A stretch of 63,047 nt of DNA, the filler included, from Reclinomonas americana ATCC 50394 (Eukaryota), in the NCBI GenBank assembly GCA_048213135.1. It is 7 parts of 6 records of this genome, joined end to end, with 100 filler letters (N's around TTAATTAATTAA, not from the genome) between each part and the next. Parts side by side here need not be neighbours in the genome. Positions count along the whole stretch, not along the records: positions 1 to 20,904 come from PS015772.1; positions 21,005 to 34,757 come from PS015775.1; 5 more parts are not named here. One strand, given 5' to 3'. The notes below the pieces were generated by a model. That model was not told the DNA's origin. It did not search any database and saw nothing but the letters and a program-made list of their open reading frames with translations. Position numbers and translations under genes: made by a program. Below are positions 13,195 to 23,668 of the stretch, one piece after another (positions within the stretch are counted from its first letter, which is position 1; each line of letters opens with the position of its first letter).

Positions 13195-14948
13195 TTACAG
13201 AATGGAAGCCAGCGCATTCTCAAAACGATAGGCGCGCGCGGTGCTGGCCGGCAAGCGGTTGACAGCCGCACGTGCAGTTTCGACACCGCCCCACGGACTC
13301 TCCTTCGGGTCCAGCGGCGCGAAGAAGGGATCTGCAAGGCAATCCCGTGAGAAAATAATTGCAGAAAAGCTCCAAGTCCACAGCTGGAGAAACGCAACGA
13401 TCGGTGCCAAACATGACGCGGCTGGGGTCGGCGAGCTTGGAGAGGGCCGACATGGCGGGATCGCCGTACACCAGGCAGTCGTAGTACAGCATGCGGAGGT
13501 AGTGAGACGGCGGGTGGGCCAGCTTGTGAGCCACCTGTGACAGTGGTCAGTCAACTCACGAGGGAAAAGAGGAATAGAAGAGAAAGCGCACCTCCTTGTC
13601 TGTGTGGACGCAGTGATCGAGGCGGGCCATGAGGTACGGCAGGGTGCCACCGCCGTGCGCAATCAGCATGCGCAGCTGCGGGTGACGATCGAGCACGCCC
13701 GACAGCACCATGCGACACACGGCGGTCGTGGTCTCGAACGGGAAGCCGAGTGCCAGGTACAGACTGTGACCGTAGCCACCTACGCGCGCACACACACACA
13801 CACACATATGAGACAGGGCGCCGAAAAGAATGCCCGTCAACAACCGGGGAGAATGCGAACCGCCATACGCCTCGTTGCCGAGACCGTAGTGCGGGTGCAG
13901 GAAGAGCATCAACTTGGTGCGCTCGAGCGCCGACCACAACGGCTCCATGAGCGGATCGTCCAGACCGCGACCGAGCCCCGTCGAGCCAATGATGAATCCA
14001 CGGCAGTGCGGGAGACGCGCCACGCGTTCAATTTCCTCCACACATGCTTGCGGATCGGCCTGCACACGCAAGGTCAGCGCAGAGCAAAAAAACACGACAC
14101 GCACCCAGCGACGCACGCACGCACCACCGGCAACACGCCAAACCACAACAGCCGCCCATTCGAGTTGGCACTCATTCTGCACACTGCGTGAGCAACGATA
14201 ACGAAGGAGCGAAAAAAGAGCGCGGCGCAAACGCAACTGCTCCAGATCGTCATTCACGATCTTGGCCAGTCCAGGCGCCTCAGCCGCGCCCACAAAGTCC
14301 AGCCACGGATTCGCCACACTCACCACCGACACCTACAACGAAGGTCAGCAGCAACAACACAGAGCACAGGAAGAGCTGTTGCTGGACCTGAATCTTATGC
14401 ACGTCCATGAAGCGGATCTTCTCCTCGGCCGAGTAGAACGAGGGCCCAATGACACGCCCGCGCTTGGTGCTCGCCTCCGCCGCCTCATCCGGCAGGATCA
14501 CCAAGCGATCCTCTCCACTCTCCGCGTGCCGAAACACAAACGGAACCGTCGAGCGTGCACGCATAATCTACAACCCCCCCGTTATAGTGTTGGCGACGAA
14601 TGCACAAGAGTGGAAGAGTGGAAGAGCGCAACATCCATGTACACAGGCGGATACATGTGCGTGTGCACATCGACCGTCCAGCCCTCCTCGTAGCGCTTCA
14701 TCGCCTGCGCACTCACCGACTACGCGCACGTGGCATGAGCGTGCAACAAAACACACACACTTGCACACAGAGGAGGAGAACGCAACANNNNNNNNNNNNN
14801 NNNNNNNNNNNNNNNNNNNNNNNNNNNNNNNNNNNNNNNNNNNNNNNNNNNNNNNNNNNNNNNNNNNNNNNNNNNNNNNNNNNNNNNNNNNNCGACTGTG
14901 ACGCCACACAGGCAACGCGCGAGCCGACGCACGCAACAACATGGACAT
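13195..14948 (-). CDS. Amidohydrolase-2 family decarboxylase, isoorotate (uracil-5-carboxylate) decarboxylase/ACMSD-like; contains an N gap
   Basis: Spliced motifs VDVHTHMYPP, SVANPWLDF, FLHPHYG, LALGFPFETT, AHGGGTLPYL, MFGTDHPFF. N-terminus MSMLLRASARALPVWRHS resembles a mitochondrial presequence. Confidence 0.88.
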
Positions 14949-15038
14949 GCTTCCTCCCTCGCCACTCACTGTGCGCGCGCGTGTGTGATGCAGGACGCAG
15001 ATGAGCATGAACTTCACTCTCCCTCGCTCGTCACTCTC

Positions 15039-15641
15039 TCAATCATACACACCCCACCGCTCTCGCCGCAGCTGCTCCACCTGCGCGCGTCGCACCGACG
15101 GATCGCCACAACACCGCTTATGCTTGCGCCCACTGCCACACAGACACACATCATTCGGTCGCTGCTGCATCAACGCGCGTCCTCCAGCGGCACCCATGCG
15201 CGCAGGCAGTCCCAGTGATGCAGCAAGTGCCGCCTGCAACGCCGGGTCATCGTCTTCGTCAAGTGGAGGTGGTGGAGCAGGCTCATCGTCCTCCTCGTGT
15301 TGTTGTTGGTGTTGTTGAGGGTTAAACATAGACGCGGGATGCAACTGCTCAGCAGACAGCTCGCCCTCCAGTCGCTGGAAGCCCGGGTTGAACACCGAGT
15401 ACGCCGACAGCTCACCAGGCGCCTGTGCACAATGCACACAGTCAGGTCTTTGTGTTTCATTGTGACTTTTTCTGCTCATATAATACGCGACTCGTGTTCG
15501 CCGATCGAGTGTGAGATAGATGCCGGCAAAGGCGCTGAAGATAAAGTAGAGGATGCCGCCTTCGACAGAGAGGGCCCATGAGTAGCCGGCAATCCACACG
15601 GCGAACAGGAGGAGAAGACGTTGCCAGGTCCACGCAAACAT
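15039..15641 (-). CDS. SAYSD1: SAYSvFN-domain membrane protein with C-terminal UIM-like and SEC-C-like motifs
   Basis: Hydrophobic hairpin, then GELSAYSVFNPGFQRLEGELSAEQ; DDDPALQAALAASL; RPNDVCLCGSGRKHKRCCG. One intron at 15423-15491. Start codon uncertain. Confidence 0.85.
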   Translation of the reverse strand: MFAWTWQRLLLLFAVWIAGYSWALSVEGGILYFIFSAFAGIYLTLDRRTRVAYYMSRKSHNETQRPDCVHCAQAPGELSAYSVFNPGFQRLEGELSAEQLHPASMFNPQQHQQQHEEDDEPAPPPPLDEDDDPALQAALAASLGLPARMGAAGGRALMQQRPNDVCLCGSGRKHKRCCGDPSVRRAQVEQLRRERWGVYD

Positions 15642-15726
15642 TGACAGAGAATTGATTGAGTAAGAGGAGTGCTCGCGGCTGTGTCTGTCTTCGTTGTGCG
15701 TGTGTGTGTGCTTGTGCGTGGTGGCG

Positions 15727-17717
15727 ATGTGGATTGGCAAGGTGTGCAGGCGTCACTCTCTATGTGTACACGCGTGTGTGCGTGTGAGTTGTGAGTGTGA
15801 CTGTGTGTGCGTGTGTTTGTTGTGCAGCGGCATCCCGCTGGCTACTTGATGGTAGTGTTTGGTGAGTGTGCGTGATAGTGCTTCAACACATACACACAGG
15901 CGCACACGCACACAAGAGACCAGTGCACACAAGACAAAAAAGTGATCAGTGTCAAGAAATCAGCGCATTCTCGCGCCTTCTCATCAGTTGCACACACGCA
16001 TCTGCGTGCACTGTGTAGCAGGCGACAGTGTGCATGGCGTGTGCGTGTGTGTGGTGTGTGTGCGCGCGCCATGGCCGTCTTCTCTCATCTCTCGCGCGCG
16101 CGCAGTTCTTGGTCTTGTCGGCTACGTGTCGTATGCGTATGCGTTCGAGTCGGTGCCGTATCGGTTGAGCGAGTCGCCTGCGTGGAGTGTCAGCCGATTA
16201 GTGGTCTATGTGCTGGGCGCATCGCTGTTGACGGTGTCGTATTTGCGATGTGTGTTTACGAATCCAGGGTGCGTCCCTCAAGCCCTTCCATCGTCGTCGT
16301 CGTCGTACTGGCGCTGAGTTGGTCGGTTGTGCTTGTGGCGTAGGTGGGTTCCACCGGACTGGCATGTTGGGGAGCAGTCGGCGGAGGACTCGGAGGCGAG
16401 TGAGATCGAGACCGGTCGTCATCGCTCGCAGCATGCAAACAATGGCGCCGTCGCCACTGTCGGCAACGGAGCCGGCACGACGGTGACCACCACGAATGCC
16501 ACGTCGACTGCTGGCCACTTGAGCGATCATTCTGGCTCCGACTCTGATGACGACGACGAGGACGATGAGGAGATTGATCTCGAGACGTGCGTCTTGTCGC
16601 GTTACCTTACTGTGCGCGCTCGTGAAGACTCAGGCTGGGAGTGATGCACAGTGGCCACTCCATCCCCGTACGAAGGCAACAACGAACGGCGCTGCTGCCA
16701 CCGAATCGCGCCGCCGGTCGTGGTGGATCGTCGCAGCCGTTTGACAATCCGCTCCGTCACGAGGACATTCGGGCGTGCCGCCGCTGCAATCGTCCCAAGC
16801 CCGAGCGTGCACACCACTGCAGCATTTGCAAGCAGTTGCGTGCCTGTCTCCTTCTGTGTTGCATGAGTGCTCTGCTCTGTTGCTTACCCCGATGTCGTGG
16901 TTGTGCGCAGTTGTGTGAAGCGAGTGCGTCTGACTGTCCCCTGGCGTCGCTGCACGGCGTGAGTCTCTTCTCACTCCTTCTCTTCCGCTGTCTATCACCA
17001 GATGGACCACCACTGCCCGTGGGTTCACAACTGCGTCGGCTTCCACAACCACAAATTCTTCTTCCTGTTCCTCCTGTGGACGTGCTTCACGTGTCTGTGG
17101 GTGGCCGTCACCATGTTCCCCGATTTCTTGGCCGTCCTCAAGGTGAGACACGCACGCCCACGCATCCAGTGCCCTCCTTGTTGTTTTTGACTCTTACGCT
17201 ACTGTGCAGGACGCAAGTGAGCGTCCGCAAGGACTCTCGACCAACATCATGGTGGCGTTCTTCATCTCAGGCGTCTTCGGCATGGTCCTCATCTGCTTCG
17301 GTGGTTTCCACATGCACCTCATCTTCACCAATCAAACCACCCTCGAATCCATCGGCACGGGTGGTTCGTCTTGTTTTCCCCCCTCTCCCACCTGTGTCGG
17401 CGTCTGACTCACACTGTGTGGCGCAGCGGAAAAGTATGACATGGGCGCGTACGCAAACGCTCGTCCCATTCTCGGCGGCAGCATGTGGCAGTGGTTCCTG
17501 CCGGTGGCCGTCGATCCAGCGGTGGCCGGCGACGGCATGCATTTTGATCGACGAGAGAGTGACGGATCATACACGTATTACGAGAGGACACGGCGGAAGA
17601 CGCAGCATAGTTCCGAGGTTCGTCGCTGACAATGGTGAATTGTTGTCCGTCTGATTGCTCACTCGCACCTCCCGACGCTGCGCGCAGGTCCGCGTTCAAC
17701 CACCGAGTTTCACATGA
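15727..17717 (+). CDS. DHHC (zDHHC) palmitoyl-acyltransferase
   Basis: Spliced [48 protein letters not shown], plus TNPG, NQTTLE and YDMGAYAN motifs. The stop could alternatively be 17629 if the last intron is not used. Confidence 0.92.
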
Positions 17718-17970
17718 GAAAGGGCGAGTGAGCTTTTTGTCTGCAACCGCGATGTGTATTGTAGAGGTTGTTGATATTACAGCAACAACAATCAATCTTC
17801 ATCGGCGGCAGGGAAGTGCGTGTGGTTAGCAGCAACAGCAGCAGCAGCAGGAGCAGGTGATACAGGGGCGGAGGGCGCGCTGAAACAGGAGGATATAGTG
17901 ACACAAATAGACATCTAACAAGTGGCGGCAGTGTAAGGTGAGGCGCACGGAGGCACATTTTCTCTTCGTA

Positions 17971-19727
17971 CTATGAACTAGCCCCGTCGGTTATTGACAC
18001 GGGTGCTGCGTCGGCGGCGCTGGCACCAGCCGCCATGGCGACTGCGGCTTCCACCGAGGCGGCGGTGGCCGACAGCCGGAAGCTGATGTGCTTGGTGATG
18101 AGGTCAATAGCAACTGTGCAAGCACATGCCTCTTGTGTCAGCTAGGCAGAGAAACAGGGAGCAAATGCACGAAATGAGGCTCACCAAAATTGTCACCACC
18201 GCGGGGGATGATAATGTCGGCCCACTTCTTCGTCTGCAACGGACATGCGTTTGTTAAGCTGCTGCGCGACTCATTCCACAATCATCGGAGATGGGCAACT
18301 TACCGGGTTGATGTACTCGTCGTAGCTCGGCTTCACACTCTTCTCGTACTGCGTCAGCACCGACTCGAGAGTTCGACCGCGCGACGTAATGTCTCTCCGA
18401 ACTGAGCAGCAAGGGAATCGTCAGCGCTCAACACACGCACGCACACAGAGAATGCGTGTCTGTGGAGGTGACACGCAACTGCGTCTCTGGTGGTGGATCG
18501 TGAGAAGCACAGCAAGTGAGTGAATCGTTGACGTGCACACAACAACGCGCGTGCAAGCATGCATACGTACCGCCAGCCGGGTATCAGAATCCTGTATCGT
18601 TCATTGCGGAGGTCAGCACCAAGTTTGCGAAACACAGGAGACATGTGGGCAACGGTGACGCAACAGTGTCCACAAAGATCTTCATGTCCATCAGCTCGCG
18701 GGCCTCGGCATCGTACAGTGCCATAATACCCTGCGACAACACACAGATTCGGCGATGAGCGAAAAGCGATCGATCCTGCTCCAGTAATCGCTCGAGCATC
18801 CGCACCTCGATGATCACCACCTCGGTGCCCTGCACGCTAGTGTGGCCCACCTGCACCGCCCAACCCCACAGTCAGCCAGCCACTCATGCACGAACTCACG
18901 AACGGATCATCAACCAACACACCCTCGAGTTGGTCTTGAAGTCATACTTTGGAATCTGCACAGCCTTGCCTGCAACGGACATCAGCACACACACTCACAG
19001 CTACATCGCCTCTCATCGGAACACACCTACACGCAGCGCCCACAGCACATCGCGGAACAGCTGGTGATCGAACGCATCTGCAATCACACTCGCCACTGTG
19101 AGCCATCGCTGGGCAGTGACACACACTCACTCGCTTCTCATGCTGCCTCGCACCTGGATGATCAAAGTTGTACGCTCCGGAGTGTGCCAGATCCTGCTCG
19201 TCACTGCCACCATCGTCAGACAGACAGACAGTGAGAGAGAGAGAGAGAGCTCTGACACCTACTCACCAGGTCAACTCCTTGTAAAAGTTGTCGTGTGACA
19301 CCATGGTAACCCGGCCATCCAGTGCCGCACAGATCTGCAACACAACGCACATGCGGTGAGTGGCACTCCAACGCGCATATGCGTGCACAAGTCGATCGCC
19401 ACCAAACCTTGTCACACACAGTGGTCTTTCCAGAGGCCGTGCCACCCGCCACACCTGCATTACACAAAGAGAACAAGTCCATTTTCAGGAGCAGGGGGGA
19501 GGTCACGGGGGTGCGTGTCAGTCACAAGTGCACATGCACATGCACAGAGACAAGCACAACACACAACACACACACACACACGCGCGCGTGAACGGACCAA
19601 TGATGAGTGCGCGACGTGAGGGCGTCAGTGGAACCTCCCTGTGTCGACCAAAGTCACCGCCCTCCTCCACATCGTCAATCTCCTCCTCGTCAAAGGTCTC
19701 CAACTCGGACAGTGCGTGTGAGGTCAT
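17971..19727 (-). CDS. UCK: Uridine(-cytidine) kinase
   Basis: Spliced [91 protein letters not shown]. Confidence 0.95.
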
Positions 19728-20418
19728 GAGTGGCGCGTGTGTGTTGGCGTGTGGTGGTGGCGGCGTGTGCGGTCGGACAAAGTAATCAAGCGCGGAGGCA
19801 AAGGCAAACCCCTGAGTGGTGCGGTAAGGTGATGATGGTGATTGCGCGCGGGTAGGCGATTGAAATGGATGAGCTGGCAAAACCAGCGATGCAGGANNNN
19901 NNNNNNNNNNNNNNNNNNNNNNNNNNNNNNNNNNNNNNNNNNNNNNNNNNNNNNNNNNNNNNNNNNNNNNNNNNNNNNNNNNNNNNNNNNNNNNNNNNNN
20001 NNNNNNNNNNNNNNNNNNNNNNNNNNNNNNNNNNNNNNNNNNNNNNNNNNNNNNNNNNNNNNNNNNNNNNNNNNNNNNNNNNNNNNNNNNNNNNNNNNNN
20101 NNNNNNNNNNNNNNNNNNNNNNNNNNNNNNNNNNNNNNNNNNNNNNNNNNNNNNNNNNNNNNNNNNNNNNNNNNNNNNNNNNNNNNNNNNNNNNNNNNNN
20201 NNNNNNNNNNNNNNNNNNNNNNNNNNNNNNNNNNNNNNNNNNNNNNNNNNNNNNNNNNNNNNNNNNNNNNNNNNNNNNNNNNNNNNNNNNNNNNNNNNNN
20301 NNNNNNNNNNNNNNNNNNNNNNNNNNNNNNNNNNNNNNNNNNNNNNNNNNNNNNNNNNNNNNNNNNNNNNNNNNNNNNNNNNNNNNNNNNNNNNNNNCGA
20401 CGTCGGACCGACCAATCG

Positions 20419-20904
20419 CTAATAATATACGAGAACCTCTACGGTGCGCTGGAGGCGACACCGCTCCACGCTCATCTCTAGTCTGCTGTGGCCATCGCGA
20501 GAAATGGGATTCGCGCGGACACGGAACGTCAGCGAGCGATTCGTCCGCTCAATCAGCTCGGCAATGCGTCGGGCTCCAACGTCGGTGATGCGATTTTCTG
20601 AGCGACACAGCAGTCAGTGGGTGCCTCATGCGGCGGTGCCGCATTTGGGGTCTGTACGTACGAGACACAAACAGACTCGACAGCACTTGATTCAGCGACA
20701 TTACTTCGCACAGACAACTCACGCCCTCGTCGCCAATCATGTTGCCTGCGCGAACCGACAGTGCCTTCAGCGACACTGGCTGTGACGAAGAATGCAGCGC
20801 GCGCAGACGCAACTCTCCATGTGCAACACCACGAGTGTCTTGTTGCGACTGAGAGCGTCGGCCAGCAGCTCAGCACCCCGTGACGCGGTTGCCGTCTCTG
20901 AGAA
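20419..20904 (-). CDS. RNI-type LRR protein, 3' fragment cut by the scaffold end
   Basis: GAELLADALSRNKTLVVLHMESNMIGDEGVSCLCEVM...LSSLFVSQNRITDVGARRIAE; TAG at 20419-20421. Confidence 0.75.
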
Positions 20905-21004
20905 NNNNNNNNNNNNNNNNNNNNNNNNNNNNNNNNNNNNNNNNNNNNTTAATTAATTAANNNNNNNNNNNNNNNNNNNNNNNNNNNNNNNNNNNNNNNN
21001 NNNN
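20905..21004. other. Artificial scaffold spacer N44-TTAATTAATTAA-N44
   Basis: Exactly 100 nt with a six-frame stop linker at 20949-20960; the identical design recurs six times in the window. Confidence 0.97.
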
Positions 21005-21657
21005 CGAGATCCTCGATGGTAGCCGATGCTGTCACTGGCACGAAACCCACGACCGTCCCGTCGCTCGAGTACGCCGTGACCTGCGGCACCATCACGTTAT
21101 CAGCAATAGGCGAAACATGAATCGCTGAGAGGAGTGCCATTACCGTCGGCTGCTTGTTGAAACTGGAGCTGTAAAAGGCCGCCGTGGAGGACGGCGTGGT
21201 CACCGAGACCGTGGCCACGGCAATGGTCGAGCGCGGAAAGCGCGTGGGATCCACGTAAATGGAGCTCAGCGCGAGGTACAAGAGCGTGGTGACCACGGTG
21301 GTGAAGACGAGCACAGCCGAGGCGCGCGTTCTCACGCGGTCGTAGACCGCATCGAGGAACACCGGTGTGTGAATGCCTGTCGTCGCAGACATCTCAGCAA
21401 TGAGAGAGGGAAGGGAAGGGAAGGGAGGGAGGGAAGGGAAGAGAGGGGAGGGAGAGGAGAGACGCACCGCGGAATCCACTTCGCGGGTTGTACTGCACAC
21501 CAAGGCACCGCCACGCACGATCCCGTCGCGGAGCACACGCACGACCACATCGCTCACAGCATCCGCGCTCACGTGCACGACTCGCACTCGTCTCATCATC
21601 CTCCGAGTCATCATCATCATCATCGACCCCATCAGCTGCATCAGTCTTGCTCGCATC
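21005..21657 (-). CDS. Fragment: acidic segment, one TM helix and the start of a beta-rich ectodomain; probably the N-terminal part of the giant STRA6-like gene
   Basis: DDDDDDSEDDE...RASAVLVFTTVVTTLLYLALSSIY (TM)...PQVTAYSSDGTVVGFVPVTAS, which has the same repeat style as 22072-27200. Confidence 0.5.
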
Positions 21658-22071
21658 NNNNNNNNNNNNNNNNNNNNNNNNNNNNNNNNNNNNNNNNNNN
21701 NNNNNNNNNNNNNNNNNNNNNNNNNNNNNNNNNNNNNNNNNNNNNNNNNNNNNNNNNNNNNNNNNNNNNNNNNNNNNNNNNNNNNNNNNNNNNNNNNNNN
21801 NNNNNNNNNNNNNNNNNNNNNNNNNNNNNNNNNNNNNNNNNNNNNNNNNNNNNNNNNNNNNNNNNNNNNNNNNNNNNNNNNNNNNNNNNNNNNNNNNNNN
21901 NNNNNNNNNNNNNNNNNNNNNNNNNNNNNNNNNNNNNNNNNNNNNNNNNNNNNNNNNNNNNNNNNNNNNNNNNNNNNNNNNNNNNNNNNNNNNNNNNNNN
22001 NNNNNNNNNNNNNNNNNNNNNNNNNNNNNNNNNNNNNNNNNNNNNNNNNNNNNNNNNNNNNNNNNNNNNNN

Positions 22072-23559
22072 GCGTACCTTGTCTGAGAGCTGAAGGCGTT
22101 GGCTCCATAGAGCTGTGGGGCCGGGCCCGAGTTGGGAGTGACAGGAACAATGCTCAAACTCGGCGACTTGCCAGCCAGACCTGCGGCGGAGAAAAAACGG
22201 ATGACAAGGTGGACGCACAACTGCACGCCGCGGGCAGCGAAGTGGATACGTACCCTGTCCCTGCGCTTGCAACACCAGAGAAGCCTGGAAGTATGCTGGC
22301 TGTCCCGCTTGGGAAGGAAACACCACAGTCTCCGGCGCATCCATCACAATCGACAACTTGGTGGCCGACGTGGTCACCTGAATCTCAAATGTCGGCAACG
22401 ACATGACGCCGTCACACGAGAAACTCAGCCGGTAAGTCGACGCGTTGCCGTAGATGGTGAACTGCAAGTTGGAGAAGGTGGCGCTGTACGAAGGTGGCGG
22501 GGGTCAGGCAGGCAAGCAGGATGAACGACTGGAGCACTGCGACGCACCGGCCATCTGCGCCGGTGACAGCCGTAAAGTTGCGGACGCCCTTCGGGTTGCC
22601 GTAACTGAACAGTGCGCAGCGGTCAGCAAGAGAAGCAAAGAGAGTGAATGAGACACGAGTGTACGCAACGACGGAAGCTGTGTGAGGAGACTGCAAGACG
22701 TACAAAGGGCGTGCACGAATCAGCAAGCAAACATGGCGAGTATGGTGCGAAGGAGACAACGCAACTACAAGTCGACTCCACTCTGCGAGGTGACGAGAGC
22801 AAACACCTTCTTGCCCTGAATGGGCGATCCATTCGCGTCGAGCACTGACCGACGAGAGCGAAAGTGAGCAGCTGGCGACACATGCAACAAAGAGAGAAGA
22901 TGAGAAGAGAGACTCACCCTGCACAATAGGTGGAGTGGAGAATTGATTCCCTTCCACCACCGAGGACGACGGCTGCTGCGTCAGTATGACTTGGTTCACT
23001 GGAAACAAGGAACGCCAAGCAAGTGAGGCTGGCGCGTGGCAGGCAATACGCAGATATACAACGGCGTACCGTTGGTGGTGACAGTGAGCGGCGACGTCGC
23101 ATCGGGTCCCCATTTCAACTCGGCATCCTACAGCGCAGGAGGGTGAGTCACGTTGGTGGAGCGAGGGCAGTATGTCGTTCGACTCCACCTCTGAGACGAT
23201 CTTCAACAGGAACAACTGCGACCAGAACGAAAATCAGCAAAACGCGAGGGCGTGCGAGAGAGAAGAGCAGCTGCGTGACGCACATTAGAAGAGCCAGCTG
23301 TGATGGCAGCGCCCGAAAACTGAATCATGCCGTTCTCATCCGAGGGACCGGCACGAGCGTTTTGAATGTCGACTGCGCACGACTCAGCACAAGGAGCACG
23401 TATATAACACAGGAGAACGCGTACGCAACTCAGACTGAGGGAGGGAACGCCCAGAACTGTCGGGTTCGGCTGCACGACTGCCACCAAGGTCGCATACTTG
23501 TTCACCAGCGGCATTCCGTTGGTGTCGAGCACCTGCACCACGGGTTGCACGGGGAGCGG
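22072..23559 (-). CDS. Fragment: Ig-like beta-sandwich repeats; probably a mis-oriented part of the giant STRA6-like gene
   Basis: PLPVQPVVQVLDTNGMPL, VILTQQPSSSVVEGNQFSTPPIVQ, TFSNLQFTIYGNASTYRLSFSCDGV; open at both N gaps. Confidence 0.6.
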
Positions 23560-23668
23560 NNNNNNNNNNNNNNNNNNNNNNNNNNNNNNNNNNNNNNNNN
23601 NNNNNNNNNNNNNNNNNNNNNNNNNNNNNNNNNNNNNNNNNNNNNNNNNNNNNNNNNNNNNNNNNNNN

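Noticed and set aside
10287..13397. 1036-aa single ORF
   Set aside because: It reads through several stop-free 3n introns and begins inside the neighbouring gene. The spliced model 9389-13103 fits better.
13332..13398. Reading the shifted donors as non-canonical G|TT introns
   Set aside because: This needs a non-AG acceptor and turns the conserved FGTDHPFF into FGTDRPFF. The GT-AG reading keeps both the motif and the frame.
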